A DNA stretch of 64,000 bases from Nitrospirota bacterium (GTDB lineage: Bacteria; Nitrospirota; UBA9217). The translations under genes were made by a program, and so were the position numbers. Where the stretch lies: assembly GCA_963749655.1 (NCBI GenBank), contig CAVVOB010000035.1:29932-93931 (forward strand), written 5' to 3'. Below, piece by piece: positions 33,273 through 43,673 of the stretch (position 1 is the first letter of the stretch; each line of letters opens with the position of its first letter). The notes under the pieces were generated by a model. The model had not been told where the DNA came from and made no database searches. It was given only the letters and a program-made list of their open reading frames with translations.

Positions 33273-33689
33273 TTATTCAACCGTGAGATATTTGAAGTCG
33301 TACACTTCCCGAATAAGTTTGAAGTCCTTTTCATTCCTGGTAACAAGGACCGCGCCCTTTCCCCGGGCCGATAACGCTATCAAAATGTCTGCCAGGAGCC
33401 CTTTCACTCTCTCCCGGTCTATTCTTCTGTCCCTTCTCAGTTTCATCATGATCTCGCCGCACAGAAACCATTGGCGCTCGGTCACTGAAATCACGGTAAA
33501 GTTACGTGCGATCTGATCGATTAGTTTTCGTTCCTTCGGATCGAAGGCGCCGGCGAGCAGCTCCATGAGCACCACTGAGCTGAAGGCAATATGGTAATAC
33601 CGGTTGAGGTTCAGGAAGGCTTCTTGGACCGTTTCTTTTCTGAAATGCTCAATAAGGAAGGACGTATCGGGGATCGCCTTCGGCTTCAT
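33273..33689 (-). CDS. vapC: PIN-domain toxin VapC
   Basis: IPDTSFLI, SVVLMEL, LADILIA, LVTRNEKDF. Confidence 0.88.
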   Translation of the reverse strand: MKPKAIPDTSFLIEHFRKETVQEAFLNLNRYYHIAFSSVVLMELLAGAFDPKERKLIDQIARNFTVISVTERQWFLCGEIMMKLRRDRRIDRERVKGLLADILIALSARGKGAVLVTRNEKDFKLIREVYDFKYLTVE

Positions 33690-33883
33690 GTAAGACCCTC
33701 GAATTTGAACTTGCCGGTGGTCTGCTCAATGAACCTCCGCATCTTCTCCTGGTAGATGACCTCGGCAAGCGCCGTTTCGATCGCCTCAGTCTCGGTTTTG
33801 GAACCCAGAATCTTCTGGGCGTTCTTGATCATTGCCTCATCCAGCCTGAAATGTTTGGCGGTCTTTTTCGTTGCCGTCTGCAT
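33686..33883 (-). CDS. vapB: VapB-like antitoxin
   Basis: 65 aa; RLDEAMIKNAQKILGSKTETEAIETAL; 4-bp overlap with vapC. Confidence 0.8.
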   Translation of the reverse strand: MQTATKKTAKHFRLDEAMIKNAQKILGSKTETEAIETALAEVIYQEKMRRFIEQTTGKFKFEGLT

Positions 33884-33901
33884 GGCCCCTCCTTTCATGT
33901 G

Positions 33902-33937
33902 TGTATATACATTATATTATTTAGTGGCTACAGTCAA
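33902..33937 (-). promoter_or_regulatory. vapBC promoter with overlapping palindromic operator
   Basis: TTGACT, 17 bp, TAATGT; palindrome TGTATATACA at 33902-33911. Confidence 0.6.
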
Positions 33938-34129
33938 GGCTTTTAAAAGAATGACATGCCTGGCGGAGAAGATGGAAAATTGCGCTATTCGCCCTTCATT
34001 TTTTTCGGATTCTGGATTTTGCCTCAATGCCTTCCCGCCCCGATTTCCATTTCAAATATGCAACTTTGCCGATTATGTCAAGTACGCAAGGTACAGGAAG
34101 AACAATTGTCGCCATTTTGTCCACTGCTT

Positions 34130-34742
34130 TTACGAACGGTCGGCGCGTCCTTTAAATTCGTCGCGATTCTTTTCCAGATCGCGTATGACGCCGGCAGCGC
34201 ACTCGGGACAGATCCCGTGCGAGAACAGCGCTTCCGAGTGGCTGGAAATATAGGATTCGATCTGCTCCCAGTAGTTCCTGTCGTTTCTTATTTTCTTGCA
34301 GTAGGAGCATATAGGCAGGAAGCCCCGCAACTGGCGAACTTCGGATTCCTGTGCCTTTTCAGGGTCCTGCGCCTCTCCCTTCGGTCACGTCGATACAGCT
34401 CCCGATATACCCTGTAAAATTACCTTCGTAGTCGGAGTAGGGCACTCCGCGGTCGAATATCCACCGGTACACACCATCAAACCGGCGAAGCCTGTATTCC
34501 ATTTCGAATATTTCTCGCCTGGTAAAGTGCTCTGTATATATTTTCAGACAAGCATTAAAATCATCGGGATGCACTCCTTCAGCCCATCCGTTTCCCAACT
34601 CCTGTTCCATCTTACGCCCTGTAAATGCCAGCCAGGTTGCATTGAAATAGTCGCACTCCATCGTAACCGTGGAACGCCAGATCATAATGGGCGCCGCTTC
34701 AACAAGGAGTTTATATTCTACATGGCTGAGGCCCGTTTCCAT
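34130..34742 (-). CDS. PAS domain protein with C-terminal CxxC...CxxC domain (frameshift near 34380)
   Basis: WAEGVHPDD, EYRLRRFDGVYRW; LPICSYCKKIR...YW...FSHGICPEC. Confidence 0.8.
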
Positions 34743-34803
34743 ATCAGACCGCCTTTCCGGTTCCTGCTGAAGTTTCATTGATGCGGCGGGTTTTGTCGCG
34801 GCC

Positions 34804-36957
34804 CTACGAGCTCAGGAGCTTGTTCAGCACGTTCTGCAGGTCTTCGACTTCGTAGGGTTTTTTAAGAACAGCCTTGAATCCCTGGTCCTGGTAGCAGGCA
34901 ATTGTCGCATCCTCCGAATATCCGCTCGATACAACGGCCTTCACGGCGGGGTCGATCCTTAAAAGTCGTTGAACCGTTTCCGCGCCGCCTGTCCCGCCCC
35001 TGATGGTAAGATCAAGAATTACGACGTCGAACGGCCGGCCCGACTGCCGCGCCTGCTGAAACTTTTCGATTGCTTCGTCCCCGTTGGCTGCAAATTCCAC
35101 GCTGTGCCCGAGCGCCTCGATCAGGTCGCCGGCGACGTTGAGGATGAGCGATTCATCATCCATAACAAGCACGCGCCCTTTACGCCCCGGCACCGATGGT
35201 GCGGGCGCTGCTTTTTCCGCTTTTTCCGTTATTGACGCGGCAGGAAGGTACATAACGAACGTCGTCCCCTTGCCCACCTCCGATTTCACCTTGATCACGC
35301 CGCTATGATTCTTGATGATGGAATACGATGTCGCGAGCCCCAGGCCGCTTCCTTTTTCCTTGGTGGTAAAATAGGGGTCGAATATTCTGCCGACGTACTG
35401 TTCCGGTATGCCGATGCCGGTGTCGCTGACGGCAATCTCGACATAGCGTCCTTCTTCCAGTTCCTGCGGCATGTCAGGACCGGGAGCCCGGACATTCCTT
35501 GCCGCAATCTCCACACGGCCGCCGTCAGGCATGGCCTGATCGGCGTTCAGAACGATGTTCTGGATCACCTGGCTTATCTGCCCTTCGTCCGCGTCAAGCT
35601 GCCAAAGACCGTCCTCGACAACGACACGAACATCCGTTCGCGATCCGCTCAAGGCGAACTTCGCGGCATTCTCAAGCACCGGGAGCAGGTCAATGGTCTT
35701 CTTGACAGGCTTGCCGCCCTTCGAGAAGGTGAGAAGCTGGTTCGTCAATTTCACCGACAGGTGAAGCGCCTTCTCCGCCTCCTCGAGCGCGGCCAGGCTT
35801 TTTTCCCGATCATCCCTCTTCAGCCTGGCGAGGGAGATGTACCCGAAAACGCCCTGCAGCAGGTTGTTGAAATCGTGGGCGATGCCGCCCGCCAGCGTTC
35901 CGACGGCTTCGAGCTTCTGTATCTTGAGGCGTTCTTCCTCCGCGCGTTTCCGTTCGGTGATGTCTTTTATTAATCCGATGAATCCTATCGTTTTGCCGTT
36001 GCTGTCGGTAAAGAATGAGATCGCAACCTCCCCCGGGAAGGTTTCTCCGTTCTTTTTTCGGTAGTCGATCTGATAGATAAAAGGGGTCTTGTTCGAATGC
36101 GTCTTGAGAGACTCTCCGAGATCGATGAACTGCTCATGATGCGCAAAAATAGAGGATGTTTTTTTACCGACGATCTCATCCAGAGTGTATCCAAATATTG
36201 TCGTAAATGCGGGATTGGCGTCGACAATCGTGCGCTCCATATCAGCTATGAGAATGGCGTCTCTGATGCTGTTGAATAATTGCCGATACTGTTCTTCGCT
36301 TTTCCGGACCGCCTCCTCCGTCCGCTTCCGCTCGGCGATCTCCCGCGAGACCTGCTGAAACAGCTGCGCGTTTTCAATCGCAATGCTCACCTGATTCGCA
36401 AACATCGTCAGAAGATCGAGATCGTGCTGCGTAAAACATCCGCCTCCCTGTTTGCCGAGAGCGGACAATCCGCCGATGATGCCTTTGCGTCCGAAAAGCG
36501 GCACGAGAACCGCCGATTGCTGGCCCTCTTCCCACGTTGTCTTTTCGTCCATCCAGTGCGTGCTTGTTTCGCCGAACAAAAGGCTCCGCTCATGCCGGAG
36601 CACCCAGCCGCACATGCCGACCTGCGCGCCGAGACTTGTGCCGAGCACTTTTCCCGCATCCGCGCCCGCGGCCGCCACGTAGGTGTACCGGCTGCGCCCC
36701 TCGTTCAGCATCGGCACGAGGACCAGTTCGGCGTGCACGATCTCGCGGGCCTTGGAGGCGACCAGATCGAAGACCTTCTCCAGGTCCAGCTCGGAGACGA
36801 TGAGCTTGCTGACCGACAGAAGATGCGCGAATTCATCGGCCTGCCGCTGCAGGGTCTCTCCCTTGTCCGTCTCCGCCAGGGCGGCGCGCAGCGTCCGGAT
36901 CTCTTCTTGCAGCCGGTCAATGGTTTCCCGAAGGTCGAATATCTTCTGCTGTGCCAC
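34804..36957 (-). CDS. Cytoplasmic hybrid histidine kinase (GAF-PAS-HisKA-HATPase-REC)
   Basis: LAGGIAHDFNN, NIVLNA, DTGIG, FDPYFTTK, GSGLGL, VLVMDD, DVVILD. Confidence 0.93.
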   Translation of the reverse strand: MAQQKIFDLRETIDRLQEEIRTLRAALAETDKGETLQRQADEFAHLLSVSKLIVSELDLEKVFDLVASKAREIVHAELVLVPMLNEGRSRYTYVAAAGADAGKVLGTSLGAQVGMCGWVLRHERSLLFGETSTHWMDEKTTWEEGQQSAVLVPLFGRKGIIGGLSALGKQGGGCFTQHDLDLLTMFANQVSIAIENAQLFQQVSREIAERKRTEEAVRKSEEQYRQLFNSIRDAILIADMERTIVDANPAFTTIFGYTLDEIVGKKTSSIFAHHEQFIDLGESLKTHSNKTPFIYQIDYRKKNGETFPGEVAISFFTDSNGKTIGFIGLIKDITERKRAEEERLKIQKLEAVGTLAGGIAHDFNNLLQGVFGYISLARLKRDDREKSLAALEEAEKALHLSVKLTNQLLTFSKGGKPVKKTIDLLPVLENAAKFALSGSRTDVRVVVEDGLWQLDADEGQISQVIQNIVLNADQAMPDGGRVEIAARNVRAPGPDMPQELEEGRYVEIAVSDTGIGIPEQYVGRIFDPYFTTKEKGSGLGLATSYSIIKNHSGVIKVKSEVGKGTTFVMYLPAASITEKAEKAAPAPSVPGRKGRVLVMDDESLILNVAGDLIEALGHSVEFAANGDEAIEKFQQARQSGRPFDVVILDLTIRGGTGGAETVQRLLRIDPAVKAVVSSGYSEDATIACYQDQGFKAVLKKPYEVEDLQNVLNKLLSS

Positions 36958-36975
36958 GGTATTCCTTCTCGCTGA

Positions 36976-37512
36976 TCAGATAAACAGATTGACGTGCGCT
37001 TCCATGGTGTCCTTCGCGTATTCGGCAACGCCCTTGACCTCGACATTCGGCACGATCAGATCGTCGACGCTGTTTCCCAGCGCGTCGAAGCAGATCTGGC
37101 ACATCTTGAACTTGACGCCGAGGTCGTCTGCGCTTCTGATCAGCTCTTGCAGGCCCATGATGCTTTTTTTCCTCAGCATCTTGTCGAACAGAACAGGCCC
37201 CAACCCCATGAGATTGAGCCGGGACATGGGCAGATGCTGCGCCCCGCCGCGGTTCAGCAGCTCGACCATGGGTTGAAGGATATTGTCCGTCTCCAGCACC
37301 CGGTAGGCGCCTTCCCGCGTTGGGTCGACCTTGCGGCGGAACACCGAGAACAGGCTTCGCCGCTTCTTGAGGCAGTTATAGCCCCATATCATGAACCACA
37401 TCTTCACTTCGACACCGAGGGCTGCATAGCCGTTGGCAAAGATAAACGCGCACAGCGCCTTGTCAAGTTCGCCGCTCTGCAGCAGGATCGTCACTTTCTT
37501 TTTGTCCACCAT
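36976..37512 (-). CDS. DsrE/DsrF/DrsH-like (DsrE2-type) protein
   Basis: SGELDKA, VKMWFMIWG, LPMSRLNLMGLG, GVKFKMCQ. Confidence 0.85.
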   Translation of the reverse strand: MVDKKKVTILLQSGELDKALCAFIFANGYAALGVEVKMWFMIWGYNCLKKRRSLFSVFRRKVDPTREGAYRVLETDNILQPMVELLNRGGAQHLPMSRLNLMGLGPVLFDKMLRKKSIMGLQELIRSADDLGVKFKMCQICFDALGNSVDDLIVPNVEVKGVAEYAKDTMEAHVNLFI

Positions 37513-37539
37513 GGCCTCCCCGCTTCAAAATACTCTCCG

Positions 37540-37770
37540 TCAGATCCTGATGACCATGCTGACGGTCTTTCCTTCGCGTTTTGTATCCAGAATCTCATGG
37601 CATCCTTCACGGCAGAACTCGACAATGGACTCCTCGAAGATCGGATCATTGCCGGTGATCCGCACTGTTTGTCCCTGTGTCATGGTGCGCACCTCCCGGG
37701 CAAGGGCGATCAGGGGCATGGGGCATGCTTTGCCCACGACATTAACGACTCTATCCTCGGACATGTTCAT
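37540..37770 (-). CDS. tusA: Sulfurtransferase TusA family protein
   Basis: 76 aa; GKACPMP motif. Confidence 0.85.
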   Translation of the reverse strand: MNMSEDRVVNVVGKACPMPLIALAREVRTMTQGQTVRITGNDPIFEESIVEFCREGCHEILDTKREGKTVSMVIRI

Positions 37771-37911
37771 CTCCTTCAGGGCGTCAAAGGTCTTTCTGCT
37801 GATAGTGTAAGTGTATCATATCGTTGGTAATTAGGCGGGGAGCTCTTGCGGAAGGGGGGTGGGGTAAACAGTTTTCCCGGGGATAGGTCAGGCTTGATTT
37901 AACATGCAATT

Positions 37912-38077
37912 CCCCGTAGCTTGCTACGGGGTCATCTGATAGGTCCCTCCCCCTTGATGGGGGAGGTTAGGTGGGGGTGAAGAGCAGACGAACCGGATAC
38001 TTCACCCTCCCCTCGATCCCCTCCCATCAAGGGAGGGGCGAACATCATGATCAAATACCCCGCAGTTTGCTGCGGGG
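37912..38077. repeat. Nested palindromic elements
   Basis: Outer hairpins CCCCGTAGCTTGCTACGGGG and CCCCGCAGTTTGCTGCGGGG; inner inverted pair CCCTCCCCCTTGATGGGGGAGG..GGGGGTGAA / TTCACCCTCCC..CCCTCCCATCAAGGGAGGGG. Confidence 0.75.
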
Positions 38078-38214
38078 AGATTAATTGCTGCAAAAGAAGT
38101 GATCGCGCAACAGCGCAGGGCTACCGGGCACGAGACGCGGCTCTTGTCACAAAAAAAAGCACAGACAACTCCGGGTTCCCGAAAACGCCTGATACGTGCT
38201 AATATTTCCCTTAT

Positions 38215-40462
38215 ATGGAACAGTATGATCAACTTATAGCCGAGCTCTCCGGAATTGCCGGGATTATACCCGAGTATTACGATATCTTCGGAACGAAACA
38301 CGTCGCGTCGAACGAATCAAAAAAGGCCATCCTGTCGGCGATGGGCCTGCAGCGTCGGCGCTGTCGAAGAGGTCAGGCACGAGATCGACCATATGCGGAC
38401 ACGGGAGTGGCTTGCCGTGCTCGATCCCGTTACTGTCATTTCGGTCCATAGTCAACCGTACTTCCTGCCGATGCATCTCGCGCTGCCTGTGGGCAAGGAG
38501 CAGGGGGCGGAGATCAAGCTCTTTCTGGAGGACGAGAAGGGGAAGAGGGAAGAGCTCTGTTTTGCCGCCGGCGCCCTGCAGATGACCGAAGAACGGCATC
38601 TCTCCGGCCGAAGGTTCATCCGGCTGCTGCTTCCCCTGCCTCGTAAGGAAATGGGCTACTACCGCGTTGATCTTACCTGCTCCCATGAGGAGCCGGTCTT
38701 TGACAAGGGCGCCCGTACTCTTGAACGATCAACGCGTCTCATCGTCACGCCTGATTCATGCTATATGCCGGAACTGCTTCACACCGGGAAGACCTGGGGC
38801 ATCGCGGTCAATCTCTACGCGCTCCGCTCGGAGCGGAATTGGGGCGTCGGGGATTTCGGCGATCTGCAGAGGCTCATCGCCTGGGCCTCGGGCCTTGGCG
38901 CGGGCTTCGTCGGCATCAACCCGCTCCATGCCATTCCCAATACCGCGCCCTACGGGACAAGCCCCTATTCCCCGATCAGCAGGCTGTACCGGAACTTCAT
39001 CTATATCGACATGGAACGCGTCGACGAGCTGTCCGGAATTTCCCTGTCCGGCGAGGTCGCGGAAAAGATCGCGTCCCTCAGAAAGAGCGAATTCGTGGAC
39101 TATGAAGGCGCGGCAGAGGTCAAGCGCGGGCTTCTCGAACAGGCTTTTGAAACATTCTATCGCGATCAGTATCAGAACCGATCGACACGGGGCAGGGCAT
39201 TCCAGGCCTATCTGCAGGAGGAGGGGCTGCCGCTCGAGGAATTCGCCCTCTTCTGCGCGCTGTCGGAATACATGCGGCGCAGGCACAAGGCCGCGACCTG
39301 GCAGGAGTGGCCCGGGGAATATCATTCACCGGAGAGCGCGTCGGTCGCCGCCTTCAGGAAAGAGCATGAGAAAGAGGTGCTTTTTTTCGCCTGGCTCCAG
39401 TGGCTCATCGACGGCCAGATGGCCGGTCTGTCGGCTGCGGCATCTTCGGAAGGAATGTCTGTCGGCGTGTACGGCGATCTGGCGGTCGGGGCGATCGAGA
39501 ACGGCAGCGACGGCTGGACGTACCAGGACGTTCTCGCCGGGCAGGCGACCGTGGGCGCGCCGCCCGATGATTTCAATCACAACGGCCAGGACTGGGGATT
39601 CCCGCCGATGATACCGGACAGGCTCAGGGAAAGCGGGTATGAGCTGTTCATCAGGACGATCAGGAAGAACATGGAGCACCTGGGCGCGCTCAGGATCGAT
39701 CACGCCCTCGGGCTCTTCCGTTTCTTCTGGATACCCAAGGGGATGCAGCCGGCTGACGGCGCCTATGTGCGAAGCAATGCCGAAGATCTCCTCAGGATCA
39801 TAGCGCTCGAGAGTGTAAGGAACAGGACGCTGGTGATCGGCGAAGACCTGGGGACCATCACGGACGAGGCGCGCACGATGCTCCAGCGCTTCGGCATCCT
39901 GTCGTACCGGCTTTTTTATTTCGAACGAAACTATCCCGACCCTTCCTTCCTGCCGCCCGACCGTTATCCATCCATGGCGCTCGCAGCGGTCACCACCCAC
40001 GACCTTCCCACGCTGACGGGCTACTGGTCAGGCAGGGATTTGGAGGTGAAAAAAGAGCTGGGAATCATCAGGGACGAGCAGTCGTACGCGCAGCAGAAGA
40101 GCGACCGGGAGCGCGACCGGAACCTGGTCAGGAAGGCGCTCGAAATGCACGGCATTCTTCCCGGCAATCCGGCAGGGGACCCTCCCGCCGTCACCGCGAT
40201 GACATCCGGCCTCTGCAGCGCTGTCTACCAATATCTCTCGGTCTCGCCCGCGAAGCTCGTGCTCGTGAGTCTTGAAGACGTGATCGGGACGATCGATCAG
40301 CAGAACCTTCCGGGCACAATAGCGGAGTATCCCAACTGGAGGCAGAAGGTTCCGCTTGCCCTGGAGGCAATCGTTGCGGACCCTCGCTGGCAGGACCTCG
40401 CGCTGATGTTCAGGAATACCCGGCCAATGAAGAAAGAAGAAGTGGAAGTGAAGGGTTCATGA
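38215..40462 (+). CDS. malQ: 4-alpha-glucanotransferase (GH77; frameshift near 38355)
   Basis: WGVGDFGDL, GINPLH, SPYSP, DLAVG, GAPPD, GQDWG, RIDH, IGEDLG, TTHD, QNLPGT, YPNW. Confidence 0.95.
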
Positions 40463-40638
40463 AAAAGGCGAGAAGAGGCCGCGACGGCGATTAGAAAGCT
40501 CACCTACTACTTTGCACAACACCCGATGGATGGAAAGTTCTAGAATGCCGGTTGAAAATTGCAGTAAAACGACTCAGCTAAAAGCACGGTTTTAGAGATC
40601 CCCGATCCGAAGGTTTAGAGTCATCGTCGATTTTCACT

Positions 40639-41343
40639 TCACTCAAACCGACCTGCCGGCCCCGGAGCTATTACAGATGGATTAAATCCTTTAACGATCA
40701 ACCATACAGCCGTAACAAGTTCTTGCAAGGCTATCGGAAGATTCAAAATAACCTGGATTTTTGAAAAAGGACTGATGAGACGAAACATGAATAACAGGCT
40801 TGCTGCTATGGTCAAGGTGATTCCAAAGAGCCCCCAACCTGACAGCCATCGAGGAATGAGCCTTGTTTGATAGAAAATAGAATAATATATCAGAGCGCCC
40901 ATGCACCACGCCAGTATCACTGCAACGTGATTCACCAAGGCGCTTCCTTCCCGTAATAGCGTCCCCGCGGTCTGGAAATACGATAAATCCGGGGCTCCTG
41001 CTTCTACGAATTCCCGGCTTAATGTCACGAGCAATAAAAGCATGATGGCACCGACAATCTGGAACACTGCCTCGATAATCCTGAAACTAACAGCTCCAAG
41101 AGCCAGGTCTTCGTGATATCTTTTTAAGACCGGATACAGAGAAATTCCGACACCTGCGCATGCGGCAGCCATAATAAACTGAAAAAAAGCTCCGAGTATG
41201 ATTTGGTTTGCATTTGCAGAAACATCAATAAGATAGGCTGGATCATCAAGAATGGGCTTTGTAAGGGCAACCGTCAGCACGCCTGCAAACCCAACGATAA
41301 ATAATACGCCTGAAATGATTGCAGTCTTTCTATCAGTATTCAT
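40639..41343 (-). CDS. DUF4386-like membrane protein
   Basis: RKTAIISGVLF, LYPVLK, FRIIEA, LIPRWLSGWG, WLIVKGFN. Confidence 0.75.
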   Translation of the reverse strand: MNTDRKTAIISGVLFIVGFAGVLTVALTKPILDDPAYLIDVSANANQIILGAFFQFIMAAACAGVGISLYPVLKRYHEDLALGAVSFRIIEAVFQIVGAIMLLLLVTLSREFVEAGAPDLSYFQTAGTLLREGSALVNHVAVILAWCMGALIYYSIFYQTRLIPRWLSGWGLFGITLTIAASLLFMFRLISPFSKIQVILNLPIALQELVTAVWLIVKGFNPSVIAPGPAGRFE

Positions 41344-41447
41344 ATGCTGCCACATATTTAATGAAACCTTCCATAAACGCATTCGGCCGCCCATCCGCGT
41401 GTGCGTATGTCCACCTGTCCGCGATTTCACCCTCGGTGATTTTAACC

Positions 41448-41805
41448 TCAGTTTACCGCGGCACTAAGTTGAGGATAAGCCGTTGCCTTAAGATCAGTGC
41501 AGTACGCTGTTCCAACAAGCCCGTACTTCCAGCGCTCGCTGACATTTATATCGGTCACATGATAACCGGGCCCGGCGTCATCGAGCAGTTCAGCGTACGC
41601 CCGTTCATAGCGATCATTGATCTTGATCGGTATGAGAAACAGCAGCTGAAAACCGCAGCGCACTGCCCGATACCGGCCGGCCCTTCGTTACGTCATACTT
41701 GGCGTTTGTTAACGATTTGAACGTAACAGGATCTCCTACACACCCTGCGCAGGCCGCATACATTATCAAAAGAGCCAAAAGCATCATCGTTAAGGTTTTT
41801 TTCAT
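41448..41805 (-). CDS. Small lipoprotein, TRL/Bor-like (frameshift near 41662)
   Basis: CAGC lipobox; GSA/CGFQLLFLIP...AY...W.YG.VG..C, paralogous to the next gene. Confidence 0.6.
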
Positions 41806-42179
41806 CGGATCGCCTCACCTGAGATCGTTACGCATTTGGTCGAGCCGAGCACCCACCAATACCATGTTTCCTGCATTGTCACATCCAACAAAGCCGTTGC
41901 GCCGGGTACGCTGGCAATCGCATTCTGGTACGCGTTTTCGATGCGTTTATTCAAAGTCCCGCCAATGAATGGGAGCTCGACCAGCGGGATAAAGTAATAG
42001 GGTGCGAGGATCATCATCGAGCCGCAGGCATTCCCTTTGGCCGCTCCCAGTTTTTGGTAGCGATCAGGTGGCGTCGGCAACACAGTTTTGTATGCCGAGG
42101 CACAGCCTGCTGCGGTCAAAAATGCGGTCATCAAACAGACTACGATGAATCGCGCTTTACCCTCATCCATTCTGAACAT
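41802..42179 (-). CDS. Small lipoprotein, TRL/Bor-like
   Basis: AAGC lipobox; GNACG...FIP...AYQNA...WYWWVLGSTKC; SD AAGGAGG. Confidence 0.65.
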   Translation of the reverse strand: MFRMDEGKARFIVVCLMTAFLTAAGCASAYKTVLPTPPDRYQKLGAAKGNACGSMMILAPYYFIPLVELPFIGGTLNKRIENAYQNAIASVPGATALLDVTMQETWYWWVLGSTKCVTISGEAIR

Positions 42180-42254
42180 GATGCACACCTCCTTAGCAAA
42201 TACAGGCACCTGCCGATTCTATATTTTTTTGATTAAATTCATTTTTTCTCTTTT

Positions 42255-42473
42255 TCAGCATTCTCTTCGAACGAAAATACCTCTTCCAAGGGGGGTCTGA
42301 AAAACCCTGGCAATGCGGAAAGCCAATTCCAGGGTAGGCGAGTATTTCCCGTTTTCGATGGCTATGATGGTCTGTCGCGTTACATTGGTTTTATCAGCCA
42401 ATTGCTGTTGTGTCATTTCATTGGCAAAAAAACGTAACTTCCGGATATTGTTGCTGATGGGACATTGGCTCAT
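42255..42473 (-). CDS. XRE/HTH_3 transcriptional regulator
   Basis: MTQQQLA...VTRQTIIAIENGKYSPTLELAFRIA. Confidence 0.92.
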   Translation of the reverse strand: MSQCPISNNIRKLRFFANEMTQQQLADKTNVTRQTIIAIENGKYSPTLELAFRIARVFQTPLGRGIFVRREC

Positions 42474-42474
42474 A

Positions 42475-42922
42475 CTAAAACCCTTTGCGGTAAAAATAGA
42501 TTTTGGCTGTTTCTGAAGCTATTGCTGCAATGAAACCCGAATAGATAAGAGTTATGAGCATCACCCAAGGTTGCATCCCTATCGCCAGCGATCCCATTGA
42601 CAGTATAAAGCCCACGATGAACGTCCAATGAGCGATCCTTATGGCTTTCAACTCGATCAGCCGGTCCCGTTCATCGGTAATGTCAGGCGGGCACTCGTGG
42701 GTTGCGATCTTGTTGATGGTGAAAAAAATAATAGTGAATGATGATTTGTGCCGCAATCGACACCGGAATCAGGATCAGGTAGGCCTTTCCCCAGAATTTG
42801 AAGTCATTAAGAATATCCGGATTTCCCGCCAGGTACTGATGATAGACATACAGGGAATAGGACCCGAGAATCAGTATCATGGTGAACAAAGATACAAGTA
42901 CTTGTTTTTCTTTAGGGTACAT
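42475..42922 (-). CDS. DUF2178-like membrane protein (frameshift near 42730)
   Basis: DERDRLIELKA motif and terminal YRKG; typical partner of this XRE type. Confidence 0.65.
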
Positions 42923-42956
42923 ATGTACCTCCGATTATCTCTTAATACTCGATTAG

Positions 42957-43016
42957 TGTAAGATATTTTATACTACATGTATCATATACTTTACCATATG
43001 TCAAGTTTACTTAACA
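42957..43016 (-). promoter_or_regulatory. Promoter with repeated XRE-type operator-like boxes
   Basis: TTGACA overlapped by GTTAAGTAAACTTGAC, followed by GTAAAGTATATGATAC and GTATAAAATATCTTAC. Confidence 0.5.
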
Positions 43017-43534
43017 TTCGCATGAAGAAATGCATGGTGATACAGGGATGAATTACATGGTTGTTATGGCGGATGGTCAGTAGTGGTTTGCAGCGCATCG
43101 AAAGCGGTGAGGTATTTATTGATTATGAATTGTAACTTTGCTTTGTTTTGAAAAGTTGCAACTCGCGTCTTTCAGGAAGAAATGAGGATTTGGTCGTCAC
43201 TTATTTAGCCTGTCACCTGCTTGCGGCAAAGGTCTTCTGGATGATCGTGTGAACTTTGGGGACATCGTGCCGAAGTGGACTTAAATCTTCAATTACTCGG
43301 CCGTGTCTCTCTCCGGTTTATCTTGCAGGCTTTACCATTCATAAATCCTGATTCGGCCTTCTGCTTCCCGTTTTCTGAGTTTTCTGGTGCGATAGGAACC
43401 AGCGCTGTTGCTGCGATGAAGTGCAGGAAGCTCGGCGAACGGACGGGCATCACGAAGCTTGCTGAAACGGAGCAGTTTCTCCAGGAGCGAGGGTCAGATG
43501 GGCAGAAGTAGGAAATATGAAGACATCATAGGAT

Positions 43535-43566
43535 ACGGGCTGACCGCGCCTCTGCGATCAACCCGT
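43535..43566 (+). terminator. Terminator-like hairpin, near-copy of 28006-28037
   Basis: ACGGGCTGAC-CGCGCCTCTGCG-ATCAACCCGT followed by a T-rich tail. Confidence 0.5.
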
Positions 43567-43673
43567 GTTGTGTTTTAATGCGCCTCCGGAGTCGGCACAA
43601 CCTCGATGAATGACTCAGATACAACGTGCAGTTGAAATATGCTTATCCGGAGATCGCTTGAAAGCAGCCTGTC

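Noticed and set aside
43275-43511. 78-aa ORF whose tail (RKLGERTGI...ETEQFLQER) faintly recalls a HicB-like antitoxin
   Set aside because: Similarity is short, with no SD or partner toxin; at most a degraded remnant.
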